Shown one piece after another: positions 34,577-44,110 of a stretch of DNA of 64,000 nucleotides. The stretch's first letter is position 1. Every line of letters begins with the position of its first letter. This DNA comes from an uncultured Gemmatimonadales bacterium. Its GTDB lineage: Bacteria; Gemmatimonadota; Gemmatimonadetes; Gemmatimonadales; GWC2-71-9. The notes below the pieces were generated by a model. It did not search any database. It had not been told where the DNA came from and saw only the letters and a program-made list of their open reading frames with translations. The stretch lies in contig CAVPRU010000001.1 in assembly GCA_963707875.1 (NCBI GenBank), positions 145,591-209,590 of the forward strand, read 5' to 3'. Both the position numbers and the translations under genes were made by a program.

Positions 34577-37099
34577 CTACCGGTCGAACCAGTACGACAG
34601 TTTCACCAGGAACGTGTTGTTCGGGTGCAGATCGAACAACCCACGGATATCGTCGCGCCACGAGCCGGTGCCCTCCCTTGGGGTAAACCCGGTTCGTGCC
34701 TGCTGCCACACCACGAACAGCGCCGATCCGGGGCGATACTCCCAGCGGAGGACCACGTTCGAGCGGAAATCCTGGACGTTGAACCCCTGGGGTTCCACAG
34801 CGGTGTAGGGCTTGAACCGGTCCTGGTAATTCGCTGACCGTGGTGCACTCAGCTCCCGCAAATCGGTGTAGGTCCCCTTGGTAATGAAGGGCTGGGCGTA
34901 GAGTTGGAGGGTCAGATCCCGGGTCGCGGTCAGATCGAGCCGCACCGATCCCGAGAGGGTCTTCTGCTCGAGGTGGGCAAAGGTGTAGTGGAGCTGATCG
35001 CTGGCATCGAGCAGGTTGCCATACCACTGTCGGTCATCCCGGTTGTGGCCGGACGTCATGCCGAGAGCGAGTTTGGCCTGCGAGGAGAGCCGCAAGCCGA
35101 CCTCGGGCGAAAGGTAGATCGCGCGGGACCGGCCGCCATCGCCGCGCTCGTAGTTGATCCACAGTCCCGGCGTCACGACCCTTCGATCATCGCCCTGGAT
35201 CCCTCCCCAGGCGGAAACCGACTGATCGGTGCGCAGCGCCGGCCCACCTCGGGCACACCGATCGCAATACACTTCCCCCAACCCGCCCCAGGTGCCGCCG
35301 GCATGGACCCACCAGCTCATCGGCAGCTCGGCGTGAATATTGGTGTTGACCATTCGACCCAACGGAAGGCTGCCCGCGGTCCACCGGTTTTCCTGGTTGA
35401 AGTTCCAGAAGGCGCGCCGGTAGAGGGCGGTCGGCTTGGTGAAGTTGAGGCTGGCCCAGGTGGCCTGAACCTGGATATCGGCCCGGTTGAGGAACCCCAG
35501 GTCGTTGATCTCGAATCCCGGCGAAGTTCGCTGGTAGGAGGTCTCGAACCGAAACATCCCCCCGCCGACCTTCCCGAAGGCCACCTGTTCGAAGTCCCCG
35601 CCCAGCGACGTCCGGCCGGGGTCGAAGGTGAGTGGGCCGTCCGGCCGCTGGTAGAGATGGACATTTCCTGTCTGGGTCCCGGCAATCGCCTCCGCCGACC
35701 CCGTCACCTGACTCGCCACCGCCCGGACCTCCACCTGGTAGCGCCGGTCGAAGAATCGGTGGCGCAGGTCCACCCCACCCACCACCGCGTTGCCCCGGAG
35801 GTAACCGTCGGTCCATTCATCGTTGGACCGGTAGGTCCAGGTTCCGATGGCACCGAGCACCGTTTCGCCCCCTCGCAGATCCCGGGTGACCCGGGCCACG
35901 GCATAGTTCGCCGCGGGCTCGATGGTCCGGCCATCGGCGCCGAGTTCCCGCTGGGTCACCGCGTTCAGCAACCCGACGGCGAGTCCGCCCGGGGTCCGGC
36001 CGGTGAGCTTGGCCGCCCCGAGAATCGTGGTCGTGGTCGGTGAGGCGTCATCGCCGTAGAGCCCATTGAGCTGGGGAGATCGGCCGACCCGCCGGGAATA
36101 GAACAGATTCTCCCGGCCGCAGTCGTTGACCGCGTAACAGTTGACCTCAAACCGGAACAGTCCCACTCCTTCGAGGAAGAACGGGCGCTGTTCCCGGAAG
36201 AAGGTCTCGAACGCGGTCAGATTGAGCACCGCCGGATCGGCCTCGATCTGGCCGAAGTCCGGGTTGATGGTGCCGTCAAGGGTCAGGTTGGAGGTGACCC
36301 CGTACTTGAAATTGGCGCCGCCGGTCAGCTCTTGCTGGTGGCTGAAGCCGCTCCCCGCGGGGACAGTCACGTTGCGGGTGACCAGATAGGGCGCCAGTTC
36401 CAGGCGCCGGGGCGAGGTCAGCCCGGTGATCCCTCCCAGTTCGCCGAGCTGGGACATCAAGCCTGCCTGGGTGTTGTGGTAGACCGGCCAACTCACCCGC
36501 TCCTTGTACCGGTCGATGTCCCGCCAGATGCCGAATCCGAAGGTATGTTCGGCGGCGGTCCCGAATCGCAGCTGGGAGAGGGGAACCCGGAATTCGGCGG
36601 TCCACCCCAGGGAGTCCACCGTGGTCGCCACGTCCCAGACCCCGTCCCACGCCCCATCCTCCTGGGCATCGTTGTAGACCACGTAGTCCCGCTTCACCCC
36701 GGCCGGATTGACCGCCAACTCATACCCCGATCGCTTATCGAAGTAAGCGTCGATGATGAGCTTGATCTGATCGGTGGGGGCCCTGACGTCGCGCCGAGCC
36801 AGGTTGGTCTTGATCTGGCCGGGCGCGTCGTCATACATCCGGACAAAGACGTACAGGTTCCCGTTGTCATACGCCACCCGAGCCTCGGTGGCAAACCGCG
36901 GCTTCTTTCCCGCGTTCGGCTCGAACTCGGTGAAATCGGTGATCGGGGTGACCGTCTGCCACACCGGATCATCTCCCAGCCCGTCGATCGCGGGGGGCTG
37001 TATCGCCCGGATGGCGATGGCTCGGAGGGATGCTCTCGCTTCGGGAGTGACCGGCCGCGCATCACCTTGAAAAGCCAGGGCAGCGATCAGGAGCAGCAT
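34577..37099 (-). CDS. Outer-membrane-type protein with an N-terminal CBM9-like domain (DUF5916-like family)
   Basis: 840 aa. The N-terminus IDGLGDDPVWQTVTPITDFTEFEPNAGKKPRFATEARVAYDNGNLYVFVRMYD resembles carbohydrate-binding family 9-like domains. The C-terminus is aromatic-rich and beta-strand-like, ending in ..YWFDR. Confidence 0.65.
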   Translation of the reverse strand: MLLLIAALAFQGDARPVTPEARASLRAIAIRAIQPPAIDGLGDDPVWQTVTPITDFTEFEPNAGKKPRFATEARVAYDNGNLYVFVRMYDDAPGQIKTNLARRDVRAPTDQIKLIIDAYFDKRSGYELAVNPAGVKRDYVVYNDAQEDGAWDGVWDVATTVDSLGWTAEFRVPLSQLRFGTAAEHTFGFGIWRDIDRYKERVSWPVYHNTQAGLMSQLGELGGITGLTSPRRLELAPYLVTRNVTVPAGSGFSHQQELTGGANFKYGVTSNLTLDGTINPDFGQIEADPAVLNLTAFETFFREQRPFFLEGVGLFRFEVNCYAVNDCGRENLFYSRRVGRSPQLNGLYGDDASPTTTTILGAAKLTGRTPGGLAVGLLNAVTQRELGADGRTIEPAANYAVARVTRDLRGGETVLGAIGTWTYRSNDEWTDGYLRGNAVVGGVDLRHRFFDRRYQVEVRAVASQVTGSAEAIAGTQTGNVHLYQRPDGPLTFDPGRTSLGGDFEQVAFGKVGGGMFRFETSYQRTSPGFEINDLGFLNRADIQVQATWASLNFTKPTALYRRAFWNFNQENRWTAGSLPLGRMVNTNIHAELPMSWWVHAGGTWGGLGEVYCDRCARGGPALRTDQSVSAWGGIQGDDRRVVTPGLWINYERGDGGRSRAIYLSPEVGLRLSSQAKLALGMTSGHNRDDRQWYGNLLDASDQLHYTFAHLEQKTLSGSVRLDLTATRDLTLQLYAQPFITKGTYTDLRELSAPRSANYQDRFKPYTAVEPQGFNVQDFRSNVVLRWEYRPGSALFVVWQQARTGFTPREGTGSWRDDIRGLFDLHPNNTFLVKLSYWFDR

Positions 37100-37220
37100 A
37101 TTGCCTCGCGGTGGGGATCAGTACATCTGACGCGAGGGGTTCGGAAAACGTTGCAAACCGCTGACGTTTCAGAGTTGAAACAAGGCGGGTCACAGGCCGC
37201 TGGGGAGGCGGCAGAAGAGG

Positions 37221-39449
37221 TCAGTCGCCGCAGTACTCGTCGAGCTGGTCGAATCCGATCAGCACATCGCGCGGCTTGCTGCCGTCGGCCGGACTGAGAA
37301 TGCCGGCCTCCTCCAGCTGATCGATGATCCGGGCAGCCTTGCCGTATCCGATGCTCAGTTTCCGCTGCAACAGCGAGGTGGAGCCACCCTGGTTCTGGAG
37401 ACAGACCTCCGCCGCCCGCCGGAACTCCGGATCCCGCTTCTGCGGACCCTCTCCCTGAGCGGGGCCGCCCTCGTCGGCCGCCTCCTCGGCGCGGACCAGC
37501 TCGATGATATCAGGCTGGCTGGCCGCGGGCTGCTCCACCCCGGCCCGCTGGCCCTCATACCATGCCATCAACCGTTCGGTCTCCTCGGTCGCGATGTAGG
37601 CCCCCTGCAGCCGCATCGGTTCACTCTTGCCGGGCGGCAGGAAGAGCATGTCCCCATTGCCCAGCAACGCTTCGGCGCCATTCCCGTCCAGGATGGTCCG
37701 GCTGTCCACCTTGGACGCGACCCGGAAGGCGATCCGGCTCGGGAAGTTGGCCTTGATCAGGCCGGTAATCACATTGACCGACGGGCGCTGGGTGGCCAGC
37801 ACCAGGTGGATGCCGATTGCCCGGGCCTTCTGGGCCAACAGCGCCAACGGGGTCTCGACTTCTCCCTGCACCGTCATCATCAGATCGGCCAGCTCGTCGA
37901 CCACCACCACCAGGTACGGCAGCACGCCCTCGGTATAGCTCTCCTGCCGAGGCGGTGGCGGGGGGGTATCGGGTGGCTCGTTGTTGATCGTGGTCAGGGT
38001 GATCGGTGGCGGGGCCGGCAGCAGGAGGTCCTGGCCGTCCCGGACCTTGCGATTGAAGTCGGCGATGTTCCGGGCGCCATTGGCGTGCAGCAGTTCATAG
38101 CGCCGCCCCATTTCCCGCACCGCGTACTTGAGGACATAGGTGGCGTCCTTGCTGGCGGTCACCACCTTGTGGCGCATGTGGGGGAGCGAGTTGTACATCG
38201 ACAGCTCCACCATCTTCGGATCGATCATCAGGAACTTCAGATCCTGAGGGCCGTAGCGGTATACCAATCCGGTGATGATGGTGTTGATCGCCACCGACTT
38301 GCCGGATCCGGTGGCGCCGGCAATGAGCAGGTGCGGTGTCTTGGTCAGATCGGCGATGACCGGTCGGCCCTCGAGGTCGCGACCGAGCAGCACCGGCAGG
38401 ACGGCCCGCGATCGATCCCACTCGGAGGACTCGAGCAGTTCCCGGATCGAGACCATCCGGGCGGTCGGATTGGGCACCTCCACCCCGACCGCGCCCTTGC
38501 CCGGAATCGCCGCGACTCGGACACTCGGGGTCCGCATCTTGATGGCCAGGTCGTCGCTCAGCGCGATCATCCTGCCGACCTTGACGCCCGACGCGGGCAC
38601 CACCTCGAACTGGGTCACCACCGGCCCGCTGGTCCGACCTGCGATCGTCCCCTCCACCTTGAAGGTGCGCAGCGCATCGATGAGCAGTTCCCCGAGTCGA
38701 TCCAGCGCGGCCTGATCGGCCGCCTCGTCCTGGGCCGGGGGCAACGCCAGGAGATCGAGTGGGGGCAGCTCGGCATCCTCCGCCTCCGACCGCGGCCTGG
38801 GGGCGGGGGCGGCGGCCACCGGGTTGGTCCTCTTGGAGGGCTGGGACCGGTGGGACAGCGGGACGGCGGTTCCCTCCTCGTCCTCGTCCCCCTCCGCCTC
38901 GGACTCAGCTGGAGGCGGGGCCCGCACCGGGCCGCGGGCGGTCTTGGACGCCGCCGCCTGTTCCTTCTCCAGCCGTCGGAGCGGGTGCCACGCGACGGTA
39001 CCGAGGGTGAGCCCGCTCAGGGCCAGGAAGCCGACCAGGGCGGCACCGATCTGGTCCACGACCCCGATCGCAGCCCACGCGAGGAAGCCGGGAGCTACGC
39101 CGGCCATCCGGGCGCTCCAGCTTGGAATGCCAGCCGCGGAGTCGAAGGCATCCGGAGTGATGCGGCTGAACACGCCGATGAAGTAGGGCACCAGCAGACA
39201 GAGGCCGGTCACCAGTATGGCCACCCGCTTCATGTCGAGAATCGGAAGCCGGTTGAAGCCGGCCGCGGCAATCCCGAAGCCGAGCAGCGGGAGGCCCAGG
39301 GCACCGGCGCCGAGGGTGGTGGAGAGGAACCCGCCCAGCAGTCGACCGACCGGGCCCGTCGGCGGGTCGGGCACCAGGGAGATCCCGATGAACAGACCAA
39401 AGATCAGTGCGGCGATCGCACCGAATCGGCGTCGGCTGTCTGCCGTCAT
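37221..39449 (-). CDS. ftsK: DNA translocase FtsK
   Basis: N-terminal TM helices, a Pro/acidic linker, a motor domain with LIAGATGSGKSVAIN and VVVVDELADLMM, and a C-terminal gamma domain (LQRKLSIGYGKAARIIDQLEEAGI). Confidence 0.9.
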   Translation of the reverse strand: MTADSRRRFGAIAALIFGLFIGISLVPDPPTGPVGRLLGGFLSTTLGAGALGLPLLGFGIAAAGFNRLPILDMKRVAILVTGLCLLVPYFIGVFSRITPDAFDSAAGIPSWSARMAGVAPGFLAWAAIGVVDQIGAALVGFLALSGLTLGTVAWHPLRRLEKEQAAASKTARGPVRAPPPAESEAEGDEDEEGTAVPLSHRSQPSKRTNPVAAAPAPRPRSEAEDAELPPLDLLALPPAQDEAADQAALDRLGELLIDALRTFKVEGTIAGRTSGPVVTQFEVVPASGVKVGRMIALSDDLAIKMRTPSVRVAAIPGKGAVGVEVPNPTARMVSIRELLESSEWDRSRAVLPVLLGRDLEGRPVIADLTKTPHLLIAGATGSGKSVAINTIITGLVYRYGPQDLKFLMIDPKMVELSMYNSLPHMRHKVVTASKDATYVLKYAVREMGRRYELLHANGARNIADFNRKVRDGQDLLLPAPPPITLTTINNEPPDTPPPPPRQESYTEGVLPYLVVVVDELADLMMTVQGEVETPLALLAQKARAIGIHLVLATQRPSVNVITGLIKANFPSRIAFRVASKVDSRTILDGNGAEALLGNGDMLFLPPGKSEPMRLQGAYIATEETERLMAWYEGQRAGVEQPAASQPDIIELVRAEEAADEGGPAQGEGPQKRDPEFRRAAEVCLQNQGGSTSLLQRKLSIGYGKAARIIDQLEEAGILSPADGSKPRDVLIGFDQLDEYCGD

Positions 39450-39469
39450 CCGGTGGGCGCGGGGATCAC

Positions 39470-40831
39470 CTACTCCTCCACTGGCGGTTTGAGCAGATGG
39501 GACTCCCGCTCGAGGAACTTGGTGTCGACGTTGCCGGCCGCGAAATCAGGGTGTCGAATCACCCGGGCCAGAAAAGGAATCGTGGTCGTGACGCCTTCGA
39601 GGATGAAACTGTCGAGGGCCTGTCCCATCCGGGCCAGCGCCTCCTCCCGGTCCCGCCCGTGGACGATGACCTTGGCCAGGAGCGAGTCATAGTGCGGCGG
39701 CACGGTGTAGCCGGCATAGATGTGGGTGTCCACTCGCACCCCTGGTCCGCCGGGAGGATGGTAGGCGGTGATGAGCCCCGGGGAGGGCTGGAAGTTCCGA
39801 TAGGGATCTTCGGCATTGACCCGGCACTCGATCGAGTGGCCCCGCAACCCGCTGGCCTCCCGGATGCTGAGCTTCTCCCCGGCGGCGATCCGGATCTGCT
39901 CCTTGACCAGGTCAAAGCCCGTTACCATCTCGGTGACCGGATGCTCCACCTGAATCCGGGTGTTCATCTCCATGAAGTAGAAGCTGCCATCGGTATCGAG
40001 CAGGAACTCGACGGTGCCGGCCCCGACATAGTGGATCGCCGAGGCGAGTTGGACGGCGGCCTCACCCATCCGGGCCCGGAGCGCCTCGTCGAGCGCCGGG
40101 CTGGGACTTTCCTCGATCAGCTTCTGGTGCCGTCGCTGGACCGAGCAGTCCCGCTCCCCGAGGTGGATCACCCGGCCGTGGGCATCGCCCAGGATCTGAA
40201 TCTCGACGTGACGAGGATGTTCCAGGAACTTCTCGACGTAGACATCGCCGTTGCCGAAGGCGGAGAGCGCCTCATTCTGGGCCAGGTTGAAGAGCTGGAT
40301 GAAGTGGTCCGGCTCCCGGGCGATCCGCATCCCCTTCCCGCCTCCACCGGCGGTGGCCTTGATGATGACCGGGAAGCCGATCTCCCGTGCCACCACCAGC
40401 GCCTCCTCGGCATCGGCCAGGATCCCCTCGGACCCCGGCACCGTGGGGACCCCGGCTTCCTTGGCCAGACGGCGGGCGCTGGCCTTGTCCCCCATGGACC
40501 GGATCTGATCGCCGGTGGGTCCGATGAAGGTGATGTTGCTGGCCCCGCAGGTGTCGGCGAACTCGGCGTTCTCCGCCAGAAACCCGTAGCCCGGATGAAT
40601 CGCGTCGGCCCCGGTGATCTCGGCGGCGGCGATGATCGCCGGAATCCGGAGGTAGGAAAGCCGGCTCGGGGGGGCGCCGATACAGACATCGTCATCGGCA
40701 AAGCGGACGTGGAGTGACTCCCGATCGGCCTCGGAGTAGACCGCCACGGTCTTGATCCCGAGTTCGCGACACGCCCGGATGACCCGCAGGGCGATCTCCC
40801 CACGGTTGGCAATGAGCACTTTCCTGAACAT
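39470..40831 (-). CDS. accC: Acetyl-CoA carboxylase, biotin carboxylase subunit
   Basis: The conserved start [26 protein letters not shown] is at ATG 40831 (TGATG overlap with the pilT stop). Also [10 protein letters not shown] and [13 protein letters not shown]. The track start 40984 is an over-extension. Confidence 0.95.
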   Translation of the reverse strand: MFRKVLIANRGEIALRVIRACRELGIKTVAVYSEADRESLHVRFADDDVCIGAPPSRLSYLRIPAIIAAAEITGADAIHPGYGFLAENAEFADTCGASNITFIGPTGDQIRSMGDKASARRLAKEAGVPTVPGSEGILADAEEALVVAREIGFPVIIKATAGGGGKGMRIAREPDHFIQLFNLAQNEALSAFGNGDVYVEKFLEHPRHVEIQILGDAHGRVIHLGERDCSVQRRHQKLIEESPSPALDEALRARMGEAAVQLASAIHYVGAGTVEFLLDTDGSFYFMEMNTRIQVEHPVTEMVTGFDLVKEQIRIAAGEKLSIREASGLRGHSIECRVNAEDPYRNFQPSPGLITAYHPPGGPGVRVDTHIYAGYTVPPHYDSLLAKVIVHGRDREEALARMGQALDSFILEGVTTTIPFLARVIRHPDFAAGNVDTKFLERESHLLKPPVEE

Positions 40832-42000
40832 CAGGCGCCCCGGTCCCCCGCGGCGCCCGGCCTCTGGCTCGTGAGGCGGTGGTCGGAGGTCGCGGTGATC
40901 CCGGAAGCTCGGAGGGCGAACTCGCCTGGACTGGAGCTGAAGAACACCGCGCTCTCGTAGCTGATCTCCCCCGCCTGGTACCATGTCATCAGGGATTGAT
41001 CGAAGGTCTGCATCCGGTAGGAGATCGACCCGTCGGCGATCAGGTCCGGAATATTGAGCGCCTTGGCCGCGTCCCGGATGTTGTCCGCCACGGCCGCGGT
41101 ATTGATCAGCACTTCGGCCGCCGGTACCCGACCCTTGCCGTCCGCCCTGGGGACCAGTCGGAGCGAGACCACCGCCGCCAGCGCGGTGGAGAGCATCGAG
41201 CGAATCTCCAGATGCTGGTGAGGTGGGTAGAACGACAGAATCCGGTTGATCGTCTGGCTGGCGTCGGTGGTATGCAGCGTCGAGAAGACCAGGTGGCCGG
41301 TGTCGGCGGCCTTGAGCGCCGTGTCGAGCGTTTCCTGGTCCCGGATCTCACCGATCAGGATCACGTCCGGGTCCTGCCGCAGGATGTGCCGCAGGGCCGA
41401 GCCGAAGGAAATCGTGTCGCTTCCGATCTCGCGCTGGGAGATGTTCGACAGGGCATCGCGGTGGAGGAACTCGATCGGATCCTCGACCGTGATCATGTTG
41501 ACCCGGCGGTGACGGTTGATGTGGTTGATCATCGCCGCCAGCGCGGTGGACTTGCCCGAGCCGGTGACCCCGGTCACGAGGACCAGCCCACGGGGCTTGA
41601 GGGAGATCTCCTCCAGCACCTCGGGAAGATGCAGCTCGTGGATCGCCTTGACCTCGTAGGGAATCGAGCGGAGCGCAAAGGCGAGGGTGCCCCGCTGCTG
41701 ATAGATGTTGGTCCGGAACCGGCCCACCCCCGGGACCCCGATGGCGAAGTCCGCCTCCTTGCGCTCGGCAAACTCCTTGATCTGGCGCGGGGTCATGATC
41801 TGCTCGGCCAGGGTCTTGAGGTCCTCGGGCCGCAGCGCCTGGGTATGGAGCGACGCCAGCTCGCCGTTGAGTCGGATGGAGGGCGGGCGGCCCACTTTCA
41901 GGTGCAGGTCCGACGCGCCCCGCTGCACCATCTGAGAAATCGCCTGCTTGAAATTGAAGACCGGTGCCGCCGCGAAACCTTCGACGTCGTGATCAACCAT
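40831..42000 (-). CDS. pilT: PilT-type type IV pilus retraction (twitching) ATPase
   Basis: [19 protein letters not shown], Walker [10 protein letters not shown], Walker [13 protein letters not shown], His box [11 protein letters not shown]. Start taken at ATG 42000, an 8-nt overlap with the accB stop. Confidence 0.85.
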   Translation of the reverse strand: MVDHDVEGFAAAPVFNFKQAISQMVQRGASDLHLKVGRPPSIRLNGELASLHTQALRPEDLKTLAEQIMTPRQIKEFAERKEADFAIGVPGVGRFRTNIYQQRGTLAFALRSIPYEVKAIHELHLPEVLEEISLKPRGLVLVTGVTGSGKSTALAAMINHINRHRRVNMITVEDPIEFLHRDALSNISQREIGSDTISFGSALRHILRQDPDVILIGEIRDQETLDTALKAADTGHLVFSTLHTTDASQTINRILSFYPPHQHLEIRSMLSTALAAVVSLRLVPRADGKGRVPAAEVLINTAAVADNIRDAAKALNIPDLIADGSISYRMQTFDQSLMTWYQAGEISYESAVFFSSSPGEFALRASGITATSDHRLTSQRPGAAGDRGA

Positions 42001-42517
42001 TCGGATCCACCCGGAAGAGAACCTGGCCGTATTCGACCGGTTGCGCATCATCGACACAGATCTCCCGTACCACCCCGCTCAACTCGGCCTCGATCTCGTT
42101 CATGATCTTCATGGCCTCCACGATGCAGACCGTCTGCCCCGGCGTGATCCGCTGGCCGACCCGGACATAGGCCTCAGCGCCGGGTTCGGGACAGGAATAG
42201 TAGGTCCCCACCATCGGCGACTTGATCTCCTTCAGGGGTGATACGGGGCTGACCGGGGCGGCGCTCTCCCCGACCGGCACCGCCAGCGGGGTTGATGGCA
42301 TGATGGCCTGTGCCATCATCGGCGTGACCCCGAGGCCATGGGCGGTGCGGGTGATCACCACCCCGGTCCCGAACATGCCCTTGACCTCGATCGACCCAAC
42401 CTCGGGTGAGGCGCGCAGCAGCTCGACCAGGCGCTTCACGTCCTTGAGGTCGACCCCCTTGGTGCCGGGGGTCTTGGCGAGCAAATCGGCAATCTGCTGA
42501 ATCTCGTCAGGTGTCAT
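41993..42517 (-). CDS. accB: Acetyl-CoA carboxylase biotin carboxyl carrier protein
   Basis: C-terminal biotinyl domain with VCIVEAMKIMNEIEAE (AMKM-type biotinylation site). Confidence 0.9.
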   Translation of the reverse strand: MTPDEIQQIADLLAKTPGTKGVDLKDVKRLVELLRASPEVGSIEVKGMFGTGVVITRTAHGLGVTPMMAQAIMPSTPLAVPVGESAAPVSPVSPLKEIKSPMVGTYYSCPEPGAEAYVRVGQRITPGQTVCIVEAMKIMNEIEAELSGVVREICVDDAQPVEYGQVLFRVDPNG

Positions 42518-42567
42518 GGTATGTAGTGAGAGGGTAGTCTGTCCCGGACCAGCCGCGGGGGAGCGAC

Positions 42568-43656
42568 CTACCGGACAACAAGAAGCTCATGGGACGGTGC
42601 CGAAAGATACTCGGCTCCCCCCGCCCGCACGACGACGTCATCCTCGATTCGAATGCCTCCCCAACCCTCAAGATAGACGCCCGGCTCCACAGTGACCACC
42701 GCCCCGGGGTAGACCGCGTTGTGGACAGAACGTGCAAGTCGTGGCGCTTCATGGAGTTCAAGCCCGATTCCGTGGCCAGTCGAATGCAGGATTCCGGCCC
42801 TGAACCCAGCCCCCTCGAGGGCCGCCCGAGTGGCCTCGTCCACCTCAGGACCGGTGCGACCCGCCGCCAGCGCATCGAACGCCGCCCGCTGGGCCCCGAG
42901 CACCGCCGCATGGACCTCCCGCTGGCGATCGGTCGGTTCGGCCCCGACCACCACCGTCCGGGTCAGGTCGGAGCAGTAGCCCTCCAGCCTGGCGCCGAAG
43001 TCAAGCAACAGAAGGTCCCCGGCCCCGACCACCCGATTGGAGGTTTCCGCGTGGGGCAGAGCCGACCGGGGCCCCGAGCCGACGATCGTCGGAAACGGGT
43101 GCCATTCCCCGCCCCGCCCTCGGAGCTCGGCCTCGAGCCGGGCGGCGATCTGGCGTTCGCTCTGCCCGACCCGGATGGTCTCCAGTACCACCGCCAGGGC
43201 CTCCTGGGCCAGCGCCACAGCCCGTCGGATCGACTCGATCTCTCCGGCGTCCTTGACGGCCCGGAGGTCTTCCACGGTGCCCACCACCGGCTCCAGCCGC
43301 CCGGGCCAGACCCCCTGCAGCCGCTCGGCGCTCGCGACCGTCAGCCGGTCCGATTCAAAACCGAGGCTCCGGACTGTCCGGCCGGTCAGGACCAGCCGAA
43401 GCCGGTCCCAGAGGTTCACCGGTTCGATTTCCACCGAGGCAGCGCCATGGGCCTCGGCGGGAGCCTGCGTGGAGTACCGACTGTCGGTGATCAGCACCGA
43501 GCGTTCCGAGTCGACCAGGAGCATCCCGGCCGAGCCGCTGAAGCCCGTCAGATACCGAATATTGGGAAGATGGGAAACGAGGAGAGCGTCGACCCCCCGC
43601 TCGCCCAACCGGCGTCGAAGGGCTGCGAGACGATCAGGCCGTCGATCTGGCCGCAT
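42568..43656 (-). CDS. M24 family Xaa-Pro aminopeptidase
   Basis: N-terminal creatinase-like domain plus a pita-bread fold: [51 protein letters not shown]. Confidence 0.85.
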   Translation of the reverse strand: MRPDRRPDRLAALRRRLGERGVDALLVSHLPNIRYLTGFSGSAGMLLVDSERSVLITDSRYSTQAPAEAHGAASVEIEPVNLWDRLRLVLTGRTVRSLGFESDRLTVASAERLQGVWPGRLEPVVGTVEDLRAVKDAGEIESIRRAVALAQEALAVVLETIRVGQSERQIAARLEAELRGRGGEWHPFPTIVGSGPRSALPHAETSNRVVGAGDLLLLDFGARLEGYCSDLTRTVVVGAEPTDRQREVHAAVLGAQRAAFDALAAGRTGPEVDEATRAALEGAGFRAGILHSTGHGIGLELHEAPRLARSVHNAVYPGAVVTVEPGVYLEGWGGIRIEDDVVVRAGGAEYLSAPSHELLVVR

Positions 43657-44110
43657 TCCAACGGTGGTGCAGAGCGGTGAGGGCGAGAACGTAGCTCCGG
43701 GCTCCGAACCCCGCGATGACCCCGACAGCCAGGTCAGCGAGCAGGGAGTGATGGCGCTCCGGTTCCCGGGCGAAGACGTTCGACAGGTGCACCTCGACGA
43801 AAGGCAGCTTGACCGCGAGCAGCGCGTCGCGCAGCGCCAGGCTGGTGTGGGTGTAGCCAGCCGCGTTGAGGATCAGGGCGTCCGCCTGGCCCTGCAGCTG
43901 CTGGATGGCATCCACGAGAGGACCCTCGTGATTGCTCTGGGACCAGGACACGACGGCCCCGAGTCGCTCCGCCTCTTCCCGCACCATGGCCTCGATCTCC
44001 GCCAGGGTGTGATGTCCATAGATCTCCGGCTCACGCTGGCCGAGCAGATTGAGATTCGGGCCGTTGAGCACGGCCACCCGAAAACTCAACGCTTCAGGCC
44101 CCGGAGCCAC
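43634..44110 (-). CDS. aroQ: Type II 3-dehydroquinate dehydratase
   Basis: [52 protein letters not shown]. Confidence 0.9.
   Translation of the reverse strand: MAPGPEALSFRVAVLNGPNLNLLGQREPEIYGHHTLAEIEAMVREEAERLGAVVSWSQSNHEGPLVDAIQQLQGQADALILNAAGYTHTSLALRDALLAVKLPFVEVHLSNVFAREPERHHSLLADLAVGVIAGFGARSYVLALTALHHRWNAARSTA

Noticed and set aside
37100-37220. Hairpins in the ftsK-downstream spacer (AAACGT-n12-ACGTTT; CCTCGCG-n20-CGCGAGG) as possible terminators
   Set aside because: The stems are short or have large loops, and no U-tract follows them. The support is too weak to annotate.
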